From: Flavihumibacter sp.
GTDB taxonomy: Bacteria; Bacteroidota; Bacteroidia; Chitinophagales; Chitinophagaceae
Reading direction: 5' to 3'
Length of the DNA stretch: 41,395 bases
Assembly: GCA_036562745.1 (NCBI GenBank)
Contig: DATCJQ010000472.1
Span: 1-41,395, forward strand
Shown: positions 19,108 to 27,784 of the stretch, piece by piece
Layout: every line of letters begins with the position of its first letter
Position numbering within the stretch: position 1 is the first letter of the stretch
Program-made: the position numbers and the translations under genes
The notes under the pieces: generated by a model
The model's database searches: none
What the model saw: the letters and a program-made list of their open reading frames with translations, nothing else
What the model was told of the DNA's origin: nothing

Positions 19108-19491
19108 TTATCCCATGATCTCAGGAGGTTTGCCGTCGGAATGAAGCAGGGGGGATGCGATGAGTGCACTATTCCGTAAGGGAATTTTGATCGCTGGCAA
19201 TTCAATGGCGACCGGCATTTTCACTACTGTAGTATGGGCCTGATAATAAATTTGAAAATCGGCCTGCAGTGATACCAGGGTTTGGGATGCTTCCTTCTGT
19301 TCCTTTTCCTTGATCAGCTGAGCCAGTTTACACTGGCCGTTACAACCGATCTCGGGACGGTTTTTATTAATACAATAGGTGCTTATAAAACCATCGCGAT
19401 CCATCTGGTAATAGGCCAGCAGCGCGAGATTTCGCATAGCTGCCACCAGCGCAATTAACAGAAGAAAAGATGCTATGAAGTTTCGAAGCAT
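19108..19491 (-). CDS. Cys-rich leader protein upstream of the TonB receptor operon (DUF2946/CruR-like by analogy)
   Basis: N-terminal hydrophobic segment, CINKNRPEIGCNGQCKL and C-terminal HSDGKPP. Confidence 0.7.
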   Translation of the reverse strand: MLRNFIASFLLLIALVAAMRNLALLAYYQMDRDGFISTYCINKNRPEIGCNGQCKLAQLIKEKEQKEASQTLVSLQADFQIYYQAHTTVVKMPVAIELPAIKIPLRNSALIASPLLHSDGKPPEIMG

Positions 19492-19495
19492 GAAG

Positions 19496-19503
19496 CAAAA
19501 TTA
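19496..19503 (-). promoter_or_regulatory. -7 element 4 nt upstream of the ATG (leaderless-type)
   Basis: TAATTTTG-CTTC-ATG on the minus strand; overlaps the LacI stop codon. Confidence 0.55.
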
Positions 19504-20535
19504 ATGATTCCTTCCGTTTCTGCGAAGCCGCTCACCGCATGATTCGCCATGAACAAAATCAGATTCCATCATGACCTGCCTCAGGATTTTTTTGTTGTTG
19601 ATGCGTTCCAGCAATGTTTGTACTGCCAGTTTGCCCATCTCTTCCAGTGGCTGCCGACCATGGGTAATGGCGCAGTTGAAGAGCTGAAAGGCTTCGGATT
19701 CATCAAAACTCAACACCGACAGTTCCTGCGGAATCTTTTTCTTAAGTGAATTCAGGTATTTGAGTCCCTGTATGGCCAGGGTATCCGTAGCGAAGATAAT
19801 TGCCATTTTCTCGTGCGGTTCGGCCAGGAGTTCGTCAATCGCCATATGCAGATCGGCTTCCAGCGATTTGCGTTTTATTTTTTTATTCCAGCCGGCTCCA
19901 TGTGGAATCTTATGCTTCTTTACGGCATCTGTATAACCGCGTGTGCGCTCCTTCAGATGATGCATACTGGTGGAATAATTGATCCACCCAATATGGGTAT
20001 GGCCCAGCGAAACGAGATAATCCACATAATTACGGGCCGCTTTATAATTGTCCAGGGCAATCAGGTTCGAGGGAATTTCCGGGAAATAGCGGTCCATCAG
20101 CACATAAGGGATGTGCAGCTTATTGAGCCGGCGGATTTCGTCTTCCACCCCATCCACGGGCAAGAGGATCAGTCCGTCCACCTCGCGGTCGATCAGCACA
20201 TTGACCAGTTCCGTAAATCGATTCGGATCTTCGCCGAAACTGCCAATCAGAACAGAATATTTGTTCTTCTGCGCTTCTGCCTCGATGGAGCGTGTTATAC
20301 CGGTTGTAAAACGATACCGGATATCGGCCACCACCAATCCGATGGTACTGGTTTTACGTGTTTTCAAACTGCGGGCGAGGTAATTGGGACGATAGTTGAG
20401 CTTTTTTGCCAGCTCCTTCACACGGCGTGCAACGTCCTCTCCCACCCGATTTTCCTGTCCGTTCAGCACATAGGATACCGATGCCACGGACACTTTCGCT
20501 TTTTGCGCGATATCTTTCAGCGAAACTCTTTTCAT
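19501..20535 (-). CDS. LacI family transcriptional regulator
   Basis: SLKDIAQKAKVSVASVSYVLN helix-turn-helix, YRPNYLARSL and LSFD. Start set at ATG 20535. Confidence 0.93.
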   Translation of the reverse strand: MKRVSLKDIAQKAKVSVASVSYVLNGQENRVGEDVARRVKELAKKLNYRPNYLARSLKTRKTSTIGLVVADIRYRFTTGITRSIEAEAQKNKYSVLIGSFGEDPNRFTELVNVLIDREVDGLILLPVDGVEDEIRRLNKLHIPYVLMDRYFPEIPSNLIALDNYKAARNYVDYLVSLGHTHIGWINYSTSMHHLKERTRGYTDAVKKHKIPHGAGWNKKIKRKSLEADLHMAIDELLAEPHEKMAIIFATDTLAIQGLKYLNSLKKKIPQELSVLSFDESEAFQLFNCAITHGRQPLEEMGKLAVQTLLERINNKKILRQVMMESDFVHGESCGERLRRNGRNH

Positions 20536-20568
20536 ACCTGAGGAATCAGGCTGCAATGATACGGAATG

Positions 20569-20582
20569 TTTAATCGTTTAAG
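20569..20582. promoter_or_regulatory. LacI-type operator upstream of the LacI gene
   Basis: TTTAATCGTTTAAG, a near-palindrome with central CG; shares AATCGTTTAAG with the site at 22752. Confidence 0.55.
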
Positions 20583-20590
20583 GAATCGGC

Positions 20591-22750
20591 TTACAAATGT
20601 TGCGCCATTGCCGGATCGGTAATCGTATCCTTGCCGGTTTCCACACGCCCCGCAAAACGATATTCCATATTGCCGGATTGTACCGTAAAATCGTACCAGT
20701 TGCCCGACTTGCTCAGCTCCTGGTAATGCTTTTTCTTTTTCTTCGAACCCAGACTGAATGGTTTGGGTGTCGGATACCCATAGGCGTTATCCCTTATCGT
20801 CAGGTTCAGGGTTTCCGCACCGGGATTTAAACAGAGTATATGTAATCCCCCTTTTTTCTCATCCGGCTCTATCACGAGTTCGGGTTCGCTGGCATGCACC
20901 GAGCCTTTGAAGGATTGAAAATAGCCGTTGGGACCAAATACTTCGAGATGGTATTCGCCATTTGTTTTTTTCAAATCCCATGTATCGTCGAGCTTTTTCC
21001 CGGCTTCCACCGTGTATCGGCGCGGTATTGCTTCGAGGTTATGCATATCATACACATGATATACCGCACCTTTTTTACCTCGGTTATCGAAGATCAGTTG
21101 CAGCTGATTGGCATCTTTCAACACATTGGCGCGACAACGCAGCGAATAAGGCAATGCGCGCGAGTAAACCGAACCTTTTTCCTGATAGAGGTCAGGCGGT
21201 GTTGCGGGCGCGGCAGCCTTGGGCAGTTTCCCCGAAGCTTCATCACGTTGCCGGAAATCCGACATATCGGGCAATACGGGGAAGATTTTGTCATTAGGCG
21301 ATTTGAAATCGAAGGCCGAAGTCAGATCGCTGCACACGGCCCGATGCCAGGGCGAGATGGCCGGAATGGTTATACCAAATCGCTTCTCGAGGAATTGTCC
21401 CACCGAAGTATGGTCTGCCACTTCGGAATGAATCCATCCACCCTTGCTCCAGGGCGATATGATATAGAGCGGAACGCGCGGCCCGAGTCCCCAGGGACGA
21501 ATATTGCCGCTGATGGTATCACGCTTATCCTGATACACCTGCTGATGCTCAGGCCAGGCGGGATTGGGGAAAGGTTTGGTTCCATGAGGGTTATGGAAAT
21601 ACATCCCTTCCAGCGGCAACGTGGCTTTACCGGCGAGCGTACCATCGAGATTATAGGAAGGCACGGCCGGTGCTGGAAGATGATCAAAGAGCCCGTCATT
21701 CTCGTCGAATGTGAGGAAGAAAACGGTTTTGCCCCATACCTCGGGATTTGCGGTCAGCGCCTGCAGCACTTCATGGGTGAAGTTGGCAGCGCGATACGGA
21801 CTTGAAGGAGCACCCGGATGTTCCGAATCATCCTTGGATGGAAGGATCCAGCTTACCGAGGGCAGGCGATCATTTTCAACATCGCGTTTCAGATCGGCCA
21901 GCGAATAATGGCGCATTCCGTTCTCGTAGATAGGCGATCCCTTTTTCGCCGTGCGGAAGGATTCAAAGGCGAGGCATCCGTGCATAGCGCCGGTCCAGTT
22001 ATTGTTGGGATCCTGGTAAATGCGCCAGCTTATTCCTGCTTCCTGCAGCACATCGGGTATGGTGGGCCATTTGAACCCGTTTAATTTGTATTGATAACCG
22101 GGTTCGGGTTCTGCACCGGTGACCCAGCAGCGTACGTTAACAGGCTCAGAATCCTGATCGGTACAGTTGATACCCGCCGCTCTTTTCTCGGGGTCGAAAT
22201 TGGATCCTGACCAGAATACGATGCGATTCGGATCCGTACCCGTTGCCACCGAACAGTGATAGGCATCTGAAAGCGTGAACGACTCGGCTAAGGCATATTG
22301 AAAGGGGATTTCCTCCCGCGTGTAATAGGCCATCGAATAAGGTGTTTTAAACAAGGGCCAGAATCCGTATTTGCCCTGATTCCAGGCGGCCTGTGTGTCG
22401 GCGAAATCATGAGGAGTGCCCACAATCATGGCTGCATTGGTTTTCTTACCATCGGCCCGATAGGGCGGCACTATCTTTTCTCCATCGGATTGATGGAAAG
22501 CCCGTTGTCCACTGGCAAGCGGAATCGGGAAACGATCGCCGAATCCGCGCGCCCCCTTTTTCGCGCCGAAATAATGATCGAAGGAGCGGTTCTCCTGCAT
22601 GAGAATCACGATATGCTTGACATCCTTAATAGATTTCGTTTCGTTGTAGGCTTCTACAGCGAGGGCTTTCTGGATCAAGGGGCCCCAAATCGTGGAGGCA
22701 AGTCCGGCACCGGATAATTTCAGGAATTCTCTTCTGCGAAATTTGGCCAT
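20591..22750 (-). CDS. Phosphocholine-specific phospholipase C (PlcH/PlcN-like phosphoesterase with DUF756 domains), Tat-exported
   Basis: FRRREFLK Tat signal; MQENRSFDHYFG, TGTDPNR, SEHP, FDENDG, GLGPRVP and C-terminal FAGRVETG...DPAM motifs. Confidence 0.93.
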   Translation of the reverse strand: MAKFRRREFLKLSGAGLASTIWGPLIQKALAVEAYNETKSIKDVKHIVILMQENRSFDHYFGAKKGARGFGDRFPIPLASGQRAFHQSDGEKIVPPYRADGKKTNAAMIVGTPHDFADTQAAWNQGKYGFWPLFKTPYSMAYYTREEIPFQYALAESFTLSDAYHCSVATGTDPNRIVFWSGSNFDPEKRAAGINCTDQDSEPVNVRCWVTGAEPEPGYQYKLNGFKWPTIPDVLQEAGISWRIYQDPNNNWTGAMHGCLAFESFRTAKKGSPIYENGMRHYSLADLKRDVENDRLPSVSWILPSKDDSEHPGAPSSPYRAANFTHEVLQALTANPEVWGKTVFFLTFDENDGLFDHLPAPAVPSYNLDGTLAGKATLPLEGMYFHNPHGTKPFPNPAWPEHQQVYQDKRDTISGNIRPWGLGPRVPLYIISPWSKGGWIHSEVADHTSVGQFLEKRFGITIPAISPWHRAVCSDLTSAFDFKSPNDKIFPVLPDMSDFRQRDEASGKLPKAAAPATPPDLYQEKGSVYSRALPYSLRCRANVLKDANQLQLIFDNRGKKGAVYHVYDMHNLEAIPRRYTVEAGKKLDDTWDLKKTNGEYHLEVFGPNGYFQSFKGSVHASEPELVIEPDEKKGGLHILCLNPGAETLNLTIRDNAYGYPTPKPFSLGSKKKKKHYQELSKSGNWYDFTVQSGNMEYRFAGRVETGKDTITDPAMAQHL

Positions 22751-22751
22751 A

Positions 22752-22765
22752 GTGAATCGTTTAAG
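22752..22765. promoter_or_regulatory. LacI-type operator immediately upstream of the phospholipase C start
   Basis: GTGAATCGTTTAAG lies 1 nt from the ATG. Confidence 0.55.
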
Positions 22766-23056
22766 TCCATAGTAAGTATCTCAAATTTCGGGAAACCATT
22801 CTTATTGGCAAATGAAAAACGGCATTTAATTGCCGGTCCCAGGCTGATCGGCCAGGGTGCAGCACAGAGCATTTGCAGCCTTCATAATTCTGACAGTTGG
22901 AAGCTGAAAAAACCCAATTCATGTAGCATTTTTCCCGAAACCGCCACCAATTGCCGCTTCCAGCCAATGGAATCAACCCCAAAAGCCTTTAAAACCGGTA
23001 ATTTTATAGAGGGTAAACTACCAGGCTATGAAGCCTTCACTTTCAAATGATCAACC

Positions 23057-25318
23057 ATGGGCCAACCAAAAAAACTTGTGGACAGGCGGACATTTCTGAA
23101 ATCTTCAACGCTTGCCGGTGGCGGACTCCTGTTAAGTTTCAGTTTTCTTTCCTCCTTTAAAAAAGCCGGATTGCCAGAAGAAGCTGCAGCCGAGTGGATC
23201 GAGCTGAACGGCTATATCAAAATCACGCCGGATAATATTATCAAGATACTGAACCCCAATCCGGAGTTCGGTCAAAACGTGATGACCTCGCTGCCCATGA
23301 TCGTGGCAGAGGAACTGGAGGCCGACTGGAAAAAGATTGTGGTGGAAATGGGTCCGCATGACAACATGAAACTGGGACCCCAGTATTCTGGCGGAAGCAA
23401 TTCGGTACGCATGTACTGGAAGCCCCTGCGGGAGGCGGGAGCCGCTGCGCGTCTGATTTTGCTGGAAGCTGCAGCCCAAAGCTGGGGCGTTCCGGTGTCG
23501 GAACTGAGTGCCCGCGATGGAATGATCCATCATGATAAAACCGGTAAATCGGGTTCATACGGATCCTTCGCCTCGAAAGCATCCACATTACCGGTACCGA
23601 AGGAGATCCCACTCAAAAAACCTGAGGCATTCATAATTGTACGCAGTTCACAAAAGAATGTAGAAGGTAAGAAAATCGTATCAGGAGAACCATTATTTGG
23701 ACTGGATTATAAACAGGAAGGCATGTTGATCGCCATGATTGAACATCCCCCTGCATTCGGCATGAAACTGAAATCTTTCGATGCCACGGAAGCGTTGAAA
23801 ATGCCGGGAATCCGCGATGTGTTCCGTCAAACACTTTATGAAGAAGGAATGGGTTTGGGCGGCTTCGATACCCGCAGCTTCAATGAGATATTGGTAGTGG
23901 TCGGTAATTCCACCTGGGAAGTGATGAATGCACGCAAAAAACTCAAAGTAAACTGGGAACCCACCGGCGATAGGAAAGATATCTTATTAAGTCGCGACGG
24001 GAAAACAACCGAAGTGATTGTTCCCGGGGTATTGGAAACCACCAGCATTCAACTCAAAAAAATGCGCGAACATTCTGCGAAACCCGCGGAGGTACTGCGA
24101 CGCGATGGTGATCCGGAAGCCGCATTTAAAAACGCCGCACAAATCATCGAGCGAACTTATACCGCGCCCTTCCTGGCTCATAACTGTATGGAGCCAATGA
24201 ATTTCTTTGCGCATGTAACCAGTGATAAGGCACTGATGATTGGGCCGCTGCAATCTCCCAGCTGGGCCATTCCGGCATTATCACGTGTATTAAAAATGCC
24301 GCCCGAGAAAATCGAAGTGCGCATGACGCGCATGGGCGGCGGCTTCGGACGTCGCGCTTATAGTCATTATCCGCTGGAGGCGGCGCTGATATCCAGAAAA
24401 CTGGGTGCGCCGGTAAAGCTGATTTATACCCGGGAAGATGATATGACCTACGGAATTTATCGTCCCATGTACACCGCAACCTATCGTGCAGCATTGGATG
24501 CGAACAAAAATCTTATCGCCTTTCATGTGAAGGGCGGCGGTATTCCGGATCACGCGATTCATGCCAATCGTTTTCCCGCCGGTGCCGTTGATAATTATCT
24601 CGCAGAAGCATGGAAGATTCCGACGAATATCACGATCGGCGCTTTCCGTGCACCGCGATCCAATTTCAATGCGGCGGCCGAACAATCTTTTCTGGATGAG
24701 CTGGCCGAAGCCATGGGCAAGGATCCCATTGAAATGCGGCTCGAATTGCTGAAACGCGCAAAGGAAAAACCGGTGGGCGAAAACAACGATTATAATCCCG
24801 ATCGTTATGCGGAAGTATTGAAACTGGTGCGAGACAAATCGGGCTGGAACAAGGAGGAAAACAAAAAATACAGTCGCGGTGTGGCCGCCTATTTCTGTCA
24901 CAATTCCTACGTGGCCCATGTGGTTGATATGATTACCCGCGATGGCAAGCCTTATGTTGAACGGGTCTTCAGCGCCGTGGATTGCGGCATCGTGGTAAAC
25001 CCGGATGCTGCCACCAACATGGTACAGGGAGCCGTGGTGGACGGAATCGGCAATGCCATGTATGGATCACTGAGTTTTAAGGATGGCGTTCCCGAACAGA
25101 ATAATTTCAACCGCTATAAAATCATCCGGATAAACGAGTCACCGAAGCAGATTGATGTGCATTTTGTACAGAACGATATCGATCCAACCGGATTGGGTGA
25201 ACCGCCTTTCCCGCCGGTATTCGGCGCGGTGGCAAATGCATTGTACCGGACCACCGGTAAGCGTTATTATGATCAACCCTTCGGCACCCAACTGAACGGT
25301 TCCCGACGAGCATTTTAA
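23057..25318 (+). CDS. iorB: Xanthine dehydrogenase family molybdopterin subunit (isoquinoline 1-oxidoreductase beta-like), Tat-exported
   Basis: DRRTFLK Tat signal; EFGQ, GGSNS, GGGFGRR, FRAP, DCGIVVNPD and GLGEPP motifs. The true substrate is unknown. Confidence 0.9.
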   Translation: MGQPKKLVDRRTFLKSSTLAGGGLLLSFSFLSSFKKAGLPEEAAAEWIELNGYIKITPDNIIKILNPNPEFGQNVMTSLPMIVAEELEADWKKIVVEMGPHDNMKLGPQYSGGSNSVRMYWKPLREAGAAARLILLEAAAQSWGVPVSELSARDGMIHHDKTGKSGSYGSFASKASTLPVPKEIPLKKPEAFIIVRSSQKNVEGKKIVSGEPLFGLDYKQEGMLIAMIEHPPAFGMKLKSFDATEALKMPGIRDVFRQTLYEEGMGLGGFDTRSFNEILVVVGNSTWEVMNARKKLKVNWEPTGDRKDILLSRDGKTTEVIVPGVLETTSIQLKKMREHSAKPAEVLRRDGDPEAAFKNAAQIIERTYTAPFLAHNCMEPMNFFAHVTSDKALMIGPLQSPSWAIPALSRVLKMPPEKIEVRMTRMGGGFGRRAYSHYPLEAALISRKLGAPVKLIYTREDDMTYGIYRPMYTATYRAALDANKNLIAFHVKGGGIPDHAIHANRFPAGAVDNYLAEAWKIPTNITIGAFRAPRSNFNAAAEQSFLDELAEAMGKDPIEMRLELLKRAKEKPVGENNDYNPDRYAEVLKLVRDKSGWNKEENKKYSRGVAAYFCHNSYVAHVVDMITRDGKPYVERVFSAVDCGIVVNPDAATNMVQGAVVDGIGNAMYGSLSFKDGVPEQNNFNRYKIIRINESPKQIDVHFVQNDIDPTGLGEPPFPPVFGAVANALYRTTGKRYYDQPFGTQLNGSRRAF

Positions 25319-25324
25319 ACTTCA

Positions 25325-25789
25325 ATGAATCAGGCTATGATAAGCTTAACTGTCAATAATAAGACCTACAATCTGAATATCGATCCCAATACGCCCTTGC
25401 TCTGGGTATTGCGCGATCATCTCGACCTGGTTGGAACCAAATACGGTTGCGGCATATCACAATGCGGCGCCTGCACGGTTCATGTGAATGGCGAAGCTGT
25501 ACGATCCTGCACCGTCAAACTCAGCCAGGCAGCCGGTAAAAAAGTGGTAACCATCGAGGGATTGTCGGAAGATGTCAGTCACCCTTTGCAAAAAGCCTGG
25601 CTGGAACTGGATGTGGCCCAATGCGGATACTGCCAAACCGGACAAATCATGACTGCCGCCGTTTTACTGAGAAAAAATCCCAGGCCTTCGGACAAAGAGA
25701 TTGATTCTGCCATGGCGGGAAACATATGCCGCTGCGGCACCTACCTGCGTATCCGCGAAGCCATTCATAAAGCCGCGGAGATGGGCTAA
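25325..25789 (+). CDS. iorA: (2Fe-2S)-binding subunit (isoquinoline 1-oxidoreductase alpha-like)
   Basis: [24 protein letters not shown] and NICRCGTY motifs. Confidence 0.93.
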   Translation: MNQAMISLTVNNKTYNLNIDPNTPLLWVLRDHLDLVGTKYGCGISQCGACTVHVNGEAVRSCTVKLSQAAGKKVVTIEGLSEDVSHPLQKAWLELDVAQCGYCQTGQIMTAAVLLRKNPRPSDKEIDSAMAGNICRCGTYLRIREAIHKAAEMG

Positions 25790-25804
25790 ACCCACGGTTA
25801 CTTG

Positions 25805-27778
25805 TTACTTGGGTTCAAGCACCAGGATCACCTTGTTAAAATCCGCGGCCGCATTGATTACTTTTTTGAAATCCTCATACTGCGAAAGCGGATAAGTCAA
25901 CCGGCAGTATTGTTCACTGATGGTGACCTTCAGCAGATTTCCTTCCACTGTATAGGAGGATTCGAAGCCCATGGTCAACTGGCCATCGGCCTGTACCGTT
26001 TTGCTGATTTTGAGGTCCTCCGCGTTTTTAACGGTATATGCATCCGGTAACCTGAACTCAATCGTCCGGTTTAGCACATGGGGATAATTGACATCCATCT
26101 CGAACTGCCTTGGCTTTTCCTGATACATTTCCGACTGCGGACCGATGAGCGCTCCAATTTTCACCAGCACTTTGGTGCCGGCCCTTTCCACCAGTTCGCT
26201 CGAATGAACCACCTGATCAATCACCAATGGTTTGTTGGGCGTGAAATCCTCCATCGCACGGTTCTCAATCGTTGTATTGAGTACCCGCTCGGAATTGGTC
26301 ACAAATTTGGCCATCTCCTTAATCAGCTCCTTCTGGTATTCCTCGGGCGAAAGGTTGAAACTGGCCCGGTAAAAAATGGAAGAGTACCCGGTGAAAGACT
26401 GGCGAACGGCCACCTGCAGGGTATCAAGGGTCTTATTAAGATTGATTTTGGCATCGATATTACTGGCCGACCAGTGGCAATCTTCACCGTTTATTTTCCG
26501 AATTTCCGCAATGGCCGTGGTAAAATTTCCGATCGTTGTGTTCTTACAAAAAATACCATTGGTGCCGATCCACTCGGGATTAAAAAACGGATAACGCATT
26601 TCCAGCAGGGTTGGCGCAATATATTTCCGGAGCCTGGGAAAATAGATTAAATGGTTATCACAGTTGTTCCAGTTCTCAAAGGAACGATCCACTTCGAAAT
26701 CCTGGCGCGAGCCGCAAAGCACAAACTCGTGATCAATATTCAACTGCCTGAAAATAGCTCCATACAACCGAATAATCCCGCGGTTACTGGCAATTCTTTT
26801 CTTTATGACAGCTTCAATATCATTGCCGGATTCATCACCTGTATCCTCTGATGTACTGATATTTTTCTTCAGGTAGTTCTCTACGGCGGAGATAACAGCC
26901 ACTTCATTCCCTCCCAGCTTATTCCATCCATTCTTTTTGACAAACTCAGCCGCCCGCTTCGTTTCCTTGTCGGAATAGGTGGCGTAAATATCGTAAGCCC
27001 GGCGTGCCAGCTCATTCCAGGTAAACAATCTTTCCGTCCTGCTGCGCGCCGTATTGTAGGAAAGTTTATACTCCACCCGTTTCAGATTCGAATGATAGCT
27101 CGAATATTTCTCTTCGTCCGCACCACTAATATCCGTCTGACGAATACTAATAAATCGTTTGCCCCTCAAGATTGTATCAGTAGCGCTGTTCACTTTATTA
27201 TAACCGCGCATTTCAAAAATCAGTCGTTCGGGCGCCACCACAATCACTTCCGCTTCCTGCACAGGGATACTATTCTGAATCACTTCACGACCGAAATAAG
27301 AAATATTCTGTTTGCAGGTAAAGTAGAATTCCACATCACACCCCTTTTCCAAGCCCTCCATCGCGAATATTTTATAGCTCTGATTATCTTCCTGGAGATC
27401 GCGGATATTGCGACTATCCACGGTGATGATCTTCCCCCCGGGCAAAATCGTCCGCGCCATAATATCTACAATCTCATTGTTGGAACTTACGGGCAGATAA
27501 ACTTTGTTGAAATACTCAATTCCCTTATCATCCATGATATGGATGCGCCGGTGAAGCGATCGGTAAGCAACCAATTCCTGACCCTCATCAATATATTCCA
27601 CTCTTCTCCGGTCGAGTAAAATCACCGCCGATTCATTATCATATTTTGAGGCGGGCTTCTGGACCCGCTCGGAACCGAACCAGCTTTCCCTTTCGATTGG
27701 AGGAAGCGATTGTGCGAATGCGCTACCCTGGCTGATCACCAGAATCAGGATGAATAATTGCTTCAAAACCGTGTGCAT
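25805..27778 (-). CDS. DUF3857 domain protein with degenerate transglutaminase-like core
   Basis: Signal peptide; same layout as the neighbour, but ASNRG replaces GDCKD and YIAPT replaces FLDGT. Confidence 0.8.
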   Translation of the reverse strand: MHTVLKQLFILILVISQGSAFAQSLPPIERESWFGSERVQKPASKYDNESAVILLDRRRVEYIDEGQELVAYRSLHRRIHIMDDKGIEYFNKVYLPVSSNNEIVDIMARTILPGGKIITVDSRNIRDLQEDNQSYKIFAMEGLEKGCDVEFYFTCKQNISYFGREVIQNSIPVQEAEVIVVAPERLIFEMRGYNKVNSATDTILRGKRFISIRQTDISGADEEKYSSYHSNLKRVEYKLSYNTARSRTERLFTWNELARRAYDIYATYSDKETKRAAEFVKKNGWNKLGGNEVAVISAVENYLKKNISTSEDTGDESGNDIEAVIKKRIASNRGIIRLYGAIFRQLNIDHEFVLCGSRQDFEVDRSFENWNNCDNHLIYFPRLRKYIAPTLLEMRYPFFNPEWIGTNGIFCKNTTIGNFTTAIAEIRKINGEDCHWSASNIDAKINLNKTLDTLQVAVRQSFTGYSSIFYRASFNLSPEEYQKELIKEMAKFVTNSERVLNTTIENRAMEDFTPNKPLVIDQVVHSSELVERAGTKVLVKIGALIGPQSEMYQEKPRQFEMDVNYPHVLNRTIEFRLPDAYTVKNAEDLKISKTVQADGQLTMGFESSYTVEGNLLKVTISEQYCRLTYPLSQYEDFKKVINAAADFNKVILVLEPK

Positions 27779-27784
27779 GCGTTT

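Noticed and set aside
22761-23050. Short ORFs (73 and 81 aa) between the divergent PLC and iorB genes
   Set aside because: No motifs; they occupy the expected divergent promoter region.
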